64,000 nt of DNA from assembly GCA_963833225.1 (NCBI GenBank), contig CAWHXD010000007.1, positions 384,001 to 448,000 on the forward strand. The letters are read 5' to 3'. Below are positions 32,761-42,855 of this stretch, piece after piece. This DNA is from an uncultured Chloroflexia bacterium. GTDB lineage: Bacteria; Chloroflexota; Limnocylindria; Limnocylindrales; CSP1-4. Under the pieces are notes generated by a model that saw nothing but the letters and a program-made list of their open reading frames with translations, searched no databases and was not told the origin of the DNA. How positions within the stretch are numbered: position 1 is the first letter of the stretch; each line of letters begins with the position of its first letter. Position numbers and translations under genes: made by a program.

Positions 32761-33000
32761 ATGACCGACACAGCCTGGAGATGGGCCACCCTCGACGAGA
32801 AGGGCCTTGAGCTGGTCCAGGAGACGGAACGGACGATCGGCGCCGACGTGGTGCTGGTCTACGCCACGGGCGGGCCGCGCACGGACGGCAGGACGCGTGA
32901 CGGACTGCTCCCCGCGAGCCTCGACGAGAGCGCGATCGAGTGCCTCCAGGGCATGGAGCAGATGATCGGCGCCGTTGCGGTCGCGTACCAGCGAGCCTGA
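32761..33000 (+). CDS. Small hypothetical protein with an internal duplication
   Basis: GGAGGAG RBS before ATG 32761, CATAAT upstream, GC3-rich codons, two similar 25-aa halves. Confidence 0.75.
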   Translation: MTDTAWRWATLDEKGLELVQETERTIGADVVLVYATGGPRTDGRTRDGLLPASLDESAIECLQGMEQMIGAVAVAYQRA

Positions 33001-33116
33001 GCCCGGCGGCGACTTTGCCCCATCGGGCAGCCTGTTCTGCCTTGCGGCGGCTGTCCGCGCGCGCGTCTCGGTGACTACGCTCCCCGGATCTGACGCCCGT
33101 CGCAGGATGGGGGCAA

Positions 33117-33497
33117 GTGATGCCCGGTCGCACGCTGCACCAGGAGATCGACACGGATGGGCGGTCGCACGCAGAGCCGGCGACCGTGCGCCGACCCGGT
33201 GCACCCACGGTCGAGCTGGCGCTTGACCTCCAGCGGCAGGCTGGCAACCGATCCGTGACGGCGCTGCTGGCTCGCCAGCATCCGGACGCCGACCGGCCCA
33301 CGAACCGTGCCCAGATCGCGGCGATGCCGGCGACCCCAGGCACCGTCGCGGCGATGGTCGCCACGGCGGCCCGGGCCACAGCGACGCGCGGCGGGGCCGC
33401 CAGCGTGCAGCGCGAGCCGTGCACCGATTGCCCGGACGCCTCCGCACCCGCGGCCCCGGATGAGGCCGACGGTCTCGAGACCTCCAGCCCGGGATGA
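33117..33497 (+). CDS. Short protein with LQRxAGNxxV and VQR motifs (eCIS cargo-like leader)
   Basis: LDLQRQAGNRSVTALL and SVQREPCTDCP; stop overlaps the next start (ATGA). Confidence 0.65.
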   Translation: MMPGRTLHQEIDTDGRSHAEPATVRRPGAPTVELALDLQRQAGNRSVTALLARQHPDADRPTNRAQIAAMPATPGTVAAMVATAARATATRGGAASVQREPCTDCPDASAPAAPDEADGLETSSPG

Positions 33498-36400
33498 CCG
33501 CCTCGACGGCCGTCGCCACGCGGGCTCGGCAAGACGTCCGAGCCGACACGCCGAGTCCCGGCCGATCACCGTCCGGCCCGGCCGAGGCTTCAGGCGTCAG
33601 TGAGGGTGCGTCGCACCTGGCAGCGGACTTTGCGGACCAGCAATCGGCGCAGGCAGCGGCGTGGGATCCAGAGGGGTCGTCCATTCCAGGTGCGCCGGTC
33701 CGTACCGACGGGACCGGTGGGCCTCCCCTCGCGCGAGCGGGTGGCCGTGTCCGCTGGATGTCGCAGCCGGGCGCGAACGCCAGGGGGCCACTGCTCGATC
33801 TGCAGCGGCTTGCCGGCAATGCCGCCGTCGCCCAGGCTCTGCAGCGCGACACGCCTGGGAACCCGCGGCGCGACACCGCCGCAAGCCCGCAGCACGCCCC
33901 CGCTCCTGGCGTCCAGCGCCTCGAAATCCCGGGCCTTGGCGACATCGACATCTCTGGCTACATCAGCCGTGCTCTCTCGATCCTCGGTCCCGCCGAGGAA
34001 TCCCGGGACAAGGCGCGGACAGATGGTCGCAAACAGGCCGACGACGCCAAGAAGGCGTCAGACACGCAGATCGAGAGCGGCAAACACCAGCTCGACGCGG
34101 GCAAGGTCGAGGCCGAGCAGGCTGGGGAGGCCGGCTTCTCCGACACGCAGGCCAAGCATGAGGCTGCCGCGACCGCCGGGAAGGAGGACGCCGCGTCCGG
34201 CAAGTCCCACGGCGATCACGTCGCCGAGGAGATCAACGGGCTCGAGAGCTCCGTCGAGGGAATGGTCGATCCGTTGGCCGAGGACACCGGCTCCCCTGAT
34301 GCCGAGGTGGGTCACCAGGCGATCGACAAGGCTGCGGAGCACGCGGTCCAGCCGGGCGGGGAAGCGGCGCACGCCGTGCCAGAAGCGCCTGGGATCGAGA
34401 CCGCGCCCGGGCAGCTCGCCCCACCCAGCACGGAGCCTGCCGTCTCGCACGGCCCCGGTCCGCCTGGCCCCGGACCCGCGACGCACAATGCCGGCGCGCC
34501 GGCACCCGAGACCGAGCACCTTCCTGCCCAGGCTGGCGGGGGTGCCGACCACGGCGTGCCCGGCGCCGAGCCCGGCCCAGCCCAGGAGTCTGGCCTGCCC
34601 GGCCCGGGGCAGGTGCCGGCATCTGTCGTCCCTGGCGACCAGCCCGCGTCGCCGTCGGGCGGCCTGCCGCAGGCCAAGCCTGTGTCGCCATCGGGTGGCG
34701 CGCAGGAATCCAAGCCCGGTGGCCCCGACGGTGGTGGCGGCGGTTCGGCGGGTGGGGTGGCGAGCCCGGCCGCTCCTACGTGCGCTCTTGTCGAGGCCGT
34801 CAAGACCGTCGAGGGCTGGCGCGACAAGGTCAAGGCGTTCGCTGGCGGGGTCATCACCGAGGTCGGGAAGACACAGATCCCGGGTCTGGGCATGACCGTG
34901 GCCGAGCTTGGCGCAAAGGCGAAGAAGCTTGCGCTGGGGGTCAAGAAGCGCGTGGACGGGATCAAGAGCAAGGCCGTTACCTGGGCGAAGAAGAAGGCAG
35001 CCGGTATCAAGAAGACGATCACCGACGAGCTCGCCAAAGCAAAGCGGGGGATCGACACCGCCGTCAAGACGGTCAAGGGCGTCATCAAGGGTGCCAAGGA
35101 GGTCGTGGGCGGCCTCTGGGAGACCGCGAAGAGCGGCGTCAAGACCGCGATCGAGGGAATTCGGGCCGGAGTCACCAGCCGTGTCCGGGCAGCGACCGCG
35201 CGTGTTCAAGCTTTCGTGAATGGCCTGCCGGGACCGGTCAAGGGGCTGCTCGGGGCCGTGGGGACCCGGATCCGCTCCCTCGTCGGCGGCGACCCGCTGG
35301 GCGACGCCGCTGCGCATCTGCGCGCAAAGTGGCAGGCCGCAAAGGACGGTCTGCGGCAGGCGAAGGAGGGCGCCGCCAGGGTGGTGACCGCCGTTGCGGA
35401 CGGCGTCGTCAAGGTCGCAGCCGCCAAGTTCCAGGAGGCAAAGACCGTCGCGAAGGCCGTCGTCGATACCGCCAAGACGGTCGCGCCGTATGTCCTGGGT
35501 GCGGCGGCTCCGGGTGCCGTCGCCGTTGCCGCAGCAGCGAAGTCCGCCGCCGGCAGATGGGGCAAGCAGCTGCGCGACGGGGCCGACCGGGTGGGCAAGG
35601 CGATCAAGGGCGAGGCATGCGAGGCGATCGGCGAGACGGTGGGTCCCTGCCTGGACATGTATCTCCCCAAGCCGGACAACAACCAGAAGGGGTTCGCCAA
35701 GCTCAGCGGGCAGGCGGACATCACGGTGCCGCTGCAGGAGGTGGACGTCCCGTGCAACGTCAAGATGGGGCGCGGAGCGTCAGTGTCGGTGGAGCGGTCG
35801 CCGTCCGGGTATGGCGTGGCCGTTGACGGCGAGGCATTCGTCTTCGCCAATCTCGCGGCCGGCAAGGAGGGGACCAAGACGGAGGTCAAGGTCGAGCTGC
35901 CAACCGGTGGCATGGCCACGGTCTGGGAGCACCTCAGCGGCGTGCCGGCAACTGCGCCGGCAGGCGGACCGGCCCCGGCGGGCGGACCGGCCGCGGCCCC
36001 CGCAGGCGGTCCGGCGCCCGCAACGGGCGGTGGTGCCGGCCCGTCGGCCCCTGCCCCAACAGCCCCGACCGCTGGATCACCCGGCACGCCCGGCGGGACC
36101 AAGCCCGGAACCCCCGCCCAGGCACCGGGTCAGGCGCCCGGTGGCGGAGGCCCGGATGTCGCAGGGGAGGTCGAAGGTGGCGTCAAGGGTTCCGCGAATC
36201 TCAAGTTCTTCTTCCCGACCACGGGGGCCACGACGTGCGAGGGTGCGGGTGGCGTGTCCTCGCTGCTCGGAGCGCTGGGGGTCGCGGCCTCGCTCCCGTC
36301 GCCGCTCGACACCCTTGCGCGCTCTGGGGTGGTGGGGTCCTGGGAGGGGAACCTTGTCTCGAACACGGTGACCATGGGGATCGCCGGCGGCGGTCAGGTC

Positions 36401-37195
36401 GAGGTGTCCGAGGATGGCCTTGGGGCACTCAAGGCCCAGGGCCAGGGCGAGGCATACGTGACCACGGGCGTCGAGCGGCCCGACCAGTCGAGCCTCACCG
36501 GCACTCCGACGCACACGGTCGCGGATGGTGCCGACCATACCGTTGACCCGAATCTGAATGGGCCGTACGCGAAGAAGCCCGCCGGATCGGATCCCAACGC
36601 GCTCCGCCCCGTGCTGAAGATCGGCACGGCCGTGAAGGGCGAGGCGGCGGTGGAGCTGGCCGCTCCCCAGCTGATGCCCGCCAAGGCCGGCGCTTCCGGG
36701 TCGGCCAGGATCGAGGCCCTCCTGCTGTACGACAAGCCCGCCGACCGGATCATCCTGCAGTCGGTCACGGCCTCTGGCGAGATTGGTGTGTCCGTCGGCG
36801 GCATCAACCCCGCTCTGGTCGCTTCCCAGCTGGCGACCCCGATCGGTCCGGCAGCGGCCGCCAGGATCACCAGTCTCGGGCTCGCCCACAGCAACGGGTC
36901 AATCAAGGCTTCGGTCACGGGCAAAGCCGACAACCTGCAGAAGTACATCGACGCCGTCGGCAGATTCCTCAGCGGCCCTCCGTCGGGAATCTCGGCCTCG
37001 GGTCTGGCCACGGCCGTTCGCGCGGTCCACGCCCCGGGCGACTTCTCGACCTCGGTGCAGGTCACCGCGACGGTCAGCGACAAGATCGGGGTCGAGGGCA
37101 AGGTCGAGGAGATCGGCAAGGAGGGGATGAAGGCGGGGGTGAGCGCGAAAGGCTCGCTCGAGATCGGCAAGGAGTACCAGCTCTACCCGTCCTGA
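33494..37195 (+). CDS. Large hypothetical protein, putative contractile-injection-system cargo or effector
   Basis: 1233 aa; LLDLQRLAGNAAVAQALQR and GVQR near the N-terminus, Pro/Gly linkers, Lys/Ala amphipathic helical region, Gly/Val-rich beta-like C-terminus. Confidence 0.7.
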   Translation: MTASTAVATRARQDVRADTPSPGRSPSGPAEASGVSEGASHLAADFADQQSAQAAAWDPEGSSIPGAPVRTDGTGGPPLARAGGRVRWMSQPGANARGPLLDLQRLAGNAAVAQALQRDTPGNPRRDTAASPQHAPAPGVQRLEIPGLGDIDISGYISRALSILGPAEESRDKARTDGRKQADDAKKASDTQIESGKHQLDAGKVEAEQAGEAGFSDTQAKHEAAATAGKEDAASGKSHGDHVAEEINGLESSVEGMVDPLAEDTGSPDAEVGHQAIDKAAEHAVQPGGEAAHAVPEAPGIETAPGQLAPPSTEPAVSHGPGPPGPGPATHNAGAPAPETEHLPAQAGGGADHGVPGAEPGPAQESGLPGPGQVPASVVPGDQPASPSGGLPQAKPVSPSGGAQESKPGGPDGGGGGSAGGVASPAAPTCALVEAVKTVEGWRDKVKAFAGGVITEVGKTQIPGLGMTVAELGAKAKKLALGVKKRVDGIKSKAVTWAKKKAAGIKKTITDELAKAKRGIDTAVKTVKGVIKGAKEVVGGLWETAKSGVKTAIEGIRAGVTSRVRAATARVQAFVNGLPGPVKGLLGAVGTRIRSLVGGDPLGDAAAHLRAKWQAAKDGLRQAKEGAARVVTAVADGVVKVAAAKFQEAKTVAKAVVDTAKTVAPYVLGAAAPGAVAVAAAAKSAAGRWGKQLRDGADRVGKAIKGEACEAIGETVGPCLDMYLPKPDNNQKGFAKLSGQADITVPLQEVDVPCNVKMGRGASVSVERSPSGYGVAVDGEAFVFANLAAGKEGTKTEVKVELPTGGMATVWEHLSGVPATAPAGGPAPAGGPAAAPAGGPAPATGGGAGPSAPAPTAPTAGSPGTPGGTKPGTPAQAPGQAPGGGGPDVAGEVEGGVKGSANLKFFFPTTGATTCEGAGGVSSLLGALGVAASLPSPLDTLARSGVVGSWEGNLVSNTVTMGIAGGGQVEVSEDGLGALKAQGQGEAYVTTGVERPDQSSLTGTPTHTVADGADHTVDPNLNGPYAKKPAGSDPNALRPVLKIGTAVKGEAAVELAAPQLMPAKAGASGSARIEALLLYDKPADRIILQSVTASGEIGVSVGGINPALVASQLATPIGPAAAARITSLGLAHSNGSIKASVTGKADNLQKYIDAVGRFLSGPPSGISASGLATAVRAVHAPGDFSTSVQVTATVSDKIGVEGKVEEIGKEGMKAGVSAKGSLEIGKEYQLYPS

Positions 37196-37250
37196 AACTC
37201 GATACATCCAAGGCGCACGTTGCGGCGACCGTCGGTGTAGGATGGCGCGT

Positions 37251-37274
37251 GACCGACCGACCGGTCGGTCGGTC
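37251..37274. promoter_or_regulatory. Probable TetR operator (24-bp perfect palindrome)
   Basis: GACCGACCGACC/GGTCGGTCGGTC just downstream of a TAGGAT -10 candidate (37238-37243). Confidence 0.7.
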
Positions 37275-37295
37275 GCCTGCGAGGACCCCTACGCC

Positions 37296-37958
37296 ATGCC
37301 CCGCCCCGATCCCGCCGAGCAGAGCCGCAGCCGCCGCGAGCGGATCCTGGATGCCGCATTCCACGCGTTTGCGACGCGCGGCTATCGCGAGACGGCGGTG
37401 GACGATATCGCCGGCGCCGCGGAGACGTCGAAGGGTGGCATCTACTTCCACTTCCCCACCAAGGAGGCCATCTTCCGCGAGCTGATGGGCTCCACGGCGG
37501 ACAAGCTGGTTGCCAAGGTGGAGCGCGCGGTCGCCCTGGAGACGGAACCGGTGGCGCGCGCCGAGGCCGCGATCCGGACCGTGCTCGCCACCTTCGCCGG
37601 GCACCGGACGATGGCCCGCCTGCTGTTCCTCGACACCGTCGGGGCGGGCCGGATCTTCCAGGCCGAGGCCAACGCCCTCCACGAGCGCTTCGCCCGGCTG
37701 ATCCAGGGGTACCTGGACGAGGCGGTGGCGGCCGGCGCGGCTCCGCCGATGGATACGCGGATCACGAGCATCGCCTGGTTCGGGGCGCTCAACGAGGTGG
37801 TGGGACGCTGGCTGCTGGCCGACCAGCCCGGGCGCCTCGAGGACGCCTACCCGGCGCTGCGGGCAGCCCTGCTGCGCTCGGCCGGCGTCTCGGCGGAGCG
37901 GATCGGCGAGATCCCCGCGCCGCGAGATGACTGGGACTTCCCGGAGCCACTCCCGTGA
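37296..37958 (+). CDS. TetR/AcrR family regulator heading the men operon
   Basis: RERILDAA..F...GY, VDDIA..AETSKGGIYFHFPTKEAIF; GAGGA RBS before ATG 37296. Confidence 0.92.
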   Translation: MPRPDPAEQSRSRRERILDAAFHAFATRGYRETAVDDIAGAAETSKGGIYFHFPTKEAIFRELMGSTADKLVAKVERAVALETEPVARAEAAIRTVLATFAGHRTMARLLFLDTVGAGRIFQAEANALHERFARLIQGYLDEAVAAGAAPPMDTRITSIAWFGALNEVVGRWLLADQPGRLEDAYPALRAALLRSAGVSAERIGEIPAPRDDWDFPEPLP

Positions 37959-39412
37959 CGACGCTCCAGCGGCCGGCGGTCCGCCCGGAGGACGAGGCTG
38001 CGGCGCTCGGCGAGCGGCTGGCGGGGCTGCTCGACACGGCGCCGCCGACCGACACTCCCTTCCTGTCCGCGACCGTGCCGTCGGGCGGTACCGACCCGAT
38101 CTCGCTGGTCGCGGCCGCGATCGAGGCCGATCTGGAGGTGGCGCTCTGGCTACGGCCCTCCGAGGGTTTCGCGCTCGTCGGCATCGGACGTGCCTGGGCC
38201 GTGGAGCCCGCGGGGCCGGGCCGGTTCCGCGATGCCGAGGCGGCCTGGCGAACCGCGGTGCGCGCAGCGGCGGTGGACCGTCCTGAGGCCCAGGTGCCCG
38301 TCGCGGGCCCGGTGCTCGTGGGCGCGCTCGGGTTTGCCGGACGGGTTCCGGACGCCGGTGATCCGTGGGGCCCGTTCGGCGCCAGCTCGCTCGTGCTTCC
38401 AGAGCTGATGCTCGCGGTGACGAGTGACGGGGCGTTCCTGACCGGCTCCCTGGCCGGCCACGGAACGGCAGCCGGGATCCGGGCGCTGGAGCGGCGGTGG
38501 GAGCGCCTGGCCGCCCGGGCACGGGCCCTGACCCCCAATCCCAACGGGATGGTCGCGATGCCCGTGTTCGCGCCGCTCACGGTTGCGGGCGAGCAGCCGA
38601 CGCACGAGCACTGGCGTCGACTGGTGGGGATGTTCTCGGGTGCCGTCGGGCGCGGGCGCATCGACAAGGTGGTCCTGGCCCGCCGCGTCGAGCTGCGATC
38701 GCCGATGGAGCTCGATGTCGCCAACGCCCTTCGCCGCCTGGCCGCGGGCGCGCCGGAGAGCACCACCTACGCGTTCCGCCGCGACGGGCGCACGTTCCTG
38801 GGCGCCACGCCCGAGCGGCTGGTCCGCACCCAGGCCCGCACGTTCCGGACGGTGGCCGTGGCGGGCACCATCCGGCGCGGGGCCGATGCCGAGGAGGACG
38901 AGCAGCTGGGGCGGGCCCTCCTCGCGTCCGAGAAGGACCGCGAGGAGCACGCCATCGTCGTGGATGCCATCCGGAACCTGCTGCGACCGGTCGCGGACAG
39001 CCTCTCGGTGGCCCCCGAGCCGGGTGTCATGACCCTCCGCTTCGTCCAGCACCTGGTCACCGAGATCGTCGGGACGGTGCCCGAGGGCCGCGGGCTGCTC
39101 GCGCTGGGTGAGCGGCTCCATCCCACGCCCGCGGTGGGTGGCGAGCCACGCGACGTGGCGCTCGCGCTGCTCGACGAGCACGAGGGCTTCGATCGCGGCT
39201 GGTACGCGGGACCCGTTGGCTGGCTCGGCGCCGACGGGGACGGGGAGCTGTGCGTCGCGCTCCGGTGCGGCATCGTGGACCGGACGCGGGCCACGCTGTT
39301 CGCCGGCTGCGGCATCGTCGCGGACTCCGACCCGGATCTCGAGTGGGAGGAGTCCCGCATCAAGCTGCGCTCGGTGATCAGCTCGCTGGGCATCCCCGGG
39401 GACGAGCGATGA
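37955..39412 (+). CDS. menF: Isochorismate synthase
   Basis: KVVLAR, GATPERL, AVAGT, KDREEH, LHPTPAVGG, RGWYAGPVGW, AGCGIV. Confidence 0.92.
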   Translation: MTTLQRPAVRPEDEAAALGERLAGLLDTAPPTDTPFLSATVPSGGTDPISLVAAAIEADLEVALWLRPSEGFALVGIGRAWAVEPAGPGRFRDAEAAWRTAVRAAAVDRPEAQVPVAGPVLVGALGFAGRVPDAGDPWGPFGASSLVLPELMLAVTSDGAFLTGSLAGHGTAAGIRALERRWERLAARARALTPNPNGMVAMPVFAPLTVAGEQPTHEHWRRLVGMFSGAVGRGRIDKVVLARRVELRSPMELDVANALRRLAAGAPESTTYAFRRDGRTFLGATPERLVRTQARTFRTVAVAGTIRRGADAEEDEQLGRALLASEKDREEHAIVVDAIRNLLRPVADSLSVAPEPGVMTLRFVQHLVTEIVGTVPEGRGLLALGERLHPTPAVGGEPRDVALALLDEHEGFDRGWYAGPVGWLGADGDGELCVALRCGIVDRTRATLFAGCGIVADSDPDLEWEESRIKLRSVISSLGIPGDER

Positions 39413-41192
39413 CGCGGGCGGACGGGCTGCGAGCCTTCGTCGACGAGCTGGTGGCGGCCGGCGTCCGGGAGGCCGTGGTGTGCCCGGGCTCCCGCTCGAC
39501 GCCGATGGCGCTGGCCCTGCGGACGGCGCCGGGGCTCCGGGTGCGGGTGCTGTACGACGAGCGGGCCGCCGGCTTCTTCGCGTTGGGCATGGCGCGCACC
39601 TCGAGGCGGCCGGTGGTGCTGCTGTCGACGTCGGGGACGGCGGCGGTCGAGTTCGCGCCGGCGGTGGTCGAGGCGCAGCTGTCGCGGGTGCCGCTGGTGG
39701 TCCTCACGGCGGACCGACCGGCCGAGCTCCGCGATCGCGGGGCGCCCCAGACGATCGACCAGGTCCACCTGTACGGACGCGCCGCGAAGTGGTTCGCGGA
39801 GCTGCCGCTGCTCGACGGCGAGGAAGCGACGCTGGCGCACTGGCGGTGGGTCGCGGGCCGGGCGGCCGCCGTGGCCGCGGCCGGCCCCGCAGGTCCGGTC
39901 CAGGTGAACCTGCCGTTCCGCGAGCCGCTGCTGCCGGATGCGTCGCTGGACGTGGATCCTTCGGTCGTCCTGCCCGAGCGCCCCTTCACCGACGTGGTGA
40001 CCGGCCCTCGATTGCTCGCCGGCGCGGACCTGGACCGGCTCGCCGAGCGCCTTGCGGGCGCCCGCCGCGGGCTCATCGTCGCGGGTCCGGACGACGATCC
40101 GCGGCTGCCGCCGGCCCTGGCCGACCTGGCCCGCGTCACCGGCTTCCCGATCCTGGCCGATCCGCTGTCCGGTCTCCGCACCGGTCCCACGACCGGTCGC
40201 GCGTGATCGCCCGGGCCGACCAGCTCTGCCGCCAAGGCCCATGGATCGACGGGCACGCACCCGACCTCGTGCTCCGGACGGGAGCCATGCCCACGTCCAA
40301 GCCGATCCTGGAGCTGCTCGCCCGGACTCGCCCGGAGCTGATCGTGGTTGACGGCGATGCCGGCTGGCGCGAGGCGGCCATGATCCCGGTCACGTTCGTC
40401 CACGCGGATCCGGCGGCGACGGCCGTGGCGCTCAGCGGGCGGCTAGCGGGCGGCTGCCGGGCTGGATCGCGGCGCGGACGATCGCTGGGCGTCGGACTGG
40501 GCTGACGCCGATGCCGCCGTGGTCGCGGCGATGGACCGCTGGCTCGCCGCGCTCGACGAGTCGTTCGAGGGGGCGCCGTGGCCCGTGCTGGCCGACGCGC
40601 TGCCGGACGGCGCGATGCTGTGGGCCGCGAGCTCCATGCCGGTCCGGGACCTCGACGCGTGGCTGCCATCGACGGACCGCGCCATCACCGTGCGGTCCAA
40701 CCGGGGCGCCAACGGCATCGACGGCGTGGTGTCCACGGCGCTCGGATCGGCGGCGGTCGCGCGACGGGCCGGTCGCGCTCGTGGTCGGCGACATCGCCTT
40801 CCTCCACGATCTCAATGCGCTCGTCGGCGCTCGGCTCCACGGCCTGTCGACGACCATCGTGCTGGTCAACAACGATGGCGGCGGGATCTTCTCGTTCCTG
40901 CCCCAGGCCCGGCCCGGCATCCCGGTGGCGGGCTCGGGGCTGCCCGAGCACTACGAGGAGCTGTTCGGGACGCCGCACGGGATCGACGTCGGGCCGGCGG
41001 TCGAGGCGCTGGGGGGCGAGCACCAGGTCGTCGGGCACGGTGACCTCTCGACGGCCGTCCGCGGCTCCCTCGAACGGCCGGGCGTCCAGGTGCTGGAGCT
41101 GCGCACCGACCGGGCGCGAAACCTCGAGCTCCACCGGGAGGTCGCCGCCGCGGCCGCGCGCGCCCTGGCCGGGCTGGGAGCGCTCCGCGTGA
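39409..41192 (+). pseudogene. menD: SEPHCHC synthase MenD, frameshifted several times (probably assembly errors)
   Basis: CPGSRSTP, DERAAGFFALG, TSGTA, LTADRPAEL, SMPVRDLD, NRGANGIDG, GDIAFLHDLN, NNDGGGIF spread over different frames. Confidence 0.88.
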
Positions 41193-42027
41193 CGCGGCAT
41201 CGCGAGACCGCACGATCGACTTGCGGCCGTCACCGAGCGCGGGGCCGGTCGGCCGCTGCTGCTCCTCCACGGCTTCACCGGGTCGGCGGCGTCGTGGCGG
41301 GAGCACGTCGATGCGTTCGCCGGACCGGTTCCGGGTCATCGCCCCGGACCTCCCGGGACACGGCCGGACGCCGGCGACGCGCGCGTCCCGACGGCATGAC
41401 GGTCGAGGCGCACCGCGGACGCCCTCGCCGACGCTCCTCGCGCGAGCTGGGCGCGGTCCCGGCGACCGTCCTCGGCTACTCGCTCGGGCGCGCGGATCGC
41501 GCTCCGACTCGCCGATCGAGCACCCGGCCAGCCGTCGGGCGCCTCGTCCTCGAGAGCCCGTCGGCCGGGCATCGCGGACCCCGACGATCGAGCCGCCCGC
41601 CGGGCCGCCGACGAGACGCTTGCCGACCGCATCGAGCGCGACGGCATCGCCGACTTCGTCGACGGCCTGGGAGCGCAACCCGGTCTTCGCCGGCCACGCC
41701 GCCGCGGATCCGCGGCCCTCGCCCAGCAGCGCGCGATCCGCCTGACCTCGCGCCCCGCGGGCCTCGCCGCCAGCCTGCGTGCCGCCGGCCAGGGCTCGAT
41801 GGAGCCGCTCCACGACCGGCTGAGCGAGGTTGCCGCGCCCACGCTCGTCGATCGCCGGCGCGCTCGACGCCATCGGCCGTCGCGCGCGCCGAGCAGGTGG
41901 CACGCGGGCATCCCCGGCGCGCGCCTCGAGATCCTCGACGCCGTCGGCCACACCCCGCACCTCGAATCGCCCGACCGCTTCCGCCGACTCGTGCTCGACT
42001 TCACCGAGGAGGATACCCGCCGCATGA
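41189..42027 (+). pseudogene. menH: SHCHC synthase MenH (alpha/beta hydrolase), heavily frameshifted
   Basis: Fragments LLLLHGFTG, APDLPGHG, LGYSLG, LVLESPSAG, GHTPHLE in different frames; lies between menD and menB. Confidence 0.8.
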
Positions 42028-42855
42028 CCGCGCCCGTCACCTGGACATCCGTCGTCGAGTACCGGGACATCCGCTACGAGCACTGCGGGCACCGGGATCG
42101 CCAAGGTCACGATCAACCGGCCCGAGGTTCGCAACGCCTTCCGGCCCCAGACCGTGCGCGAGCTGATCGACGCCTTCGCCCGCATCCGCGACGACGCCTC
42201 GATCGGCTGCGTCCTGCTCACCGGCGCGGGCGACAAGGCCTTCTGCAGCGGCGGCGACCAGAAGTACAAGAGCCACGAGGGCGGCTACCTCGACACGGAC
42301 GGCATCGCCCGGCTCAACGTGCTCGACCTCCAGCGCCAGATCCGGAGCCTGCCGATCCCGGTGATCGCGCTCGTCAACGGCTACGCCATCGGCGGTGGGC
42401 ACGTCCTCCACATCGTGTGCGACATGACGATCGCCAGCGACAACGCCATCTTCGGCCAGGTGGGGCCCCGGGTCGGCAGCTTCGACGCCGGGTTCGGGGT
42501 CGGCCTGCTGGCGCGGCTGGTCGGCGACAAGAAGGCCAAGGAGATCTGGTTCCTGTGCCGCCAGTACAACGCCGCCGAGGCGCTCGAGATGCGCCTCGTG
42601 AACAAGGTCGTGCCGCTTGCCGAGCTCGAGGCCGAGGGCGTGCAGTGGGCCGACGAGATCCTCGACATGAGCCCCACGGCGATCCGGTTCCTCAAGTCGG
42701 CGTTCCTCGTCGCCACCGACGGCCTGGCCGGGCTCCAGGAGTTCGCCGGCAACGCCACCGGGCTGTACTACACGACCGACGAGGCGCACGAGGGGTCGAC
42801 GGCGTTCCTCGAGAAGCGCCGGCCGGACTACCGCAAGTACCCGCGGCGCCCATGA
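42024..42855 (+). CDS. menB: 1,4-dihydroxy-2-naphthoyl-CoA synthase (one frameshift near 42085)
   Basis: [51 protein letters not shown]. Confidence 0.93.

Noticed and set aside
33495-33560. Selenocysteine read-through of the TGA at 33495, followed by a hairpin
   Set aside because: The read-through frame is Arg/Pro-rich shadow sequence, and the ATGA overlap already explains the junction
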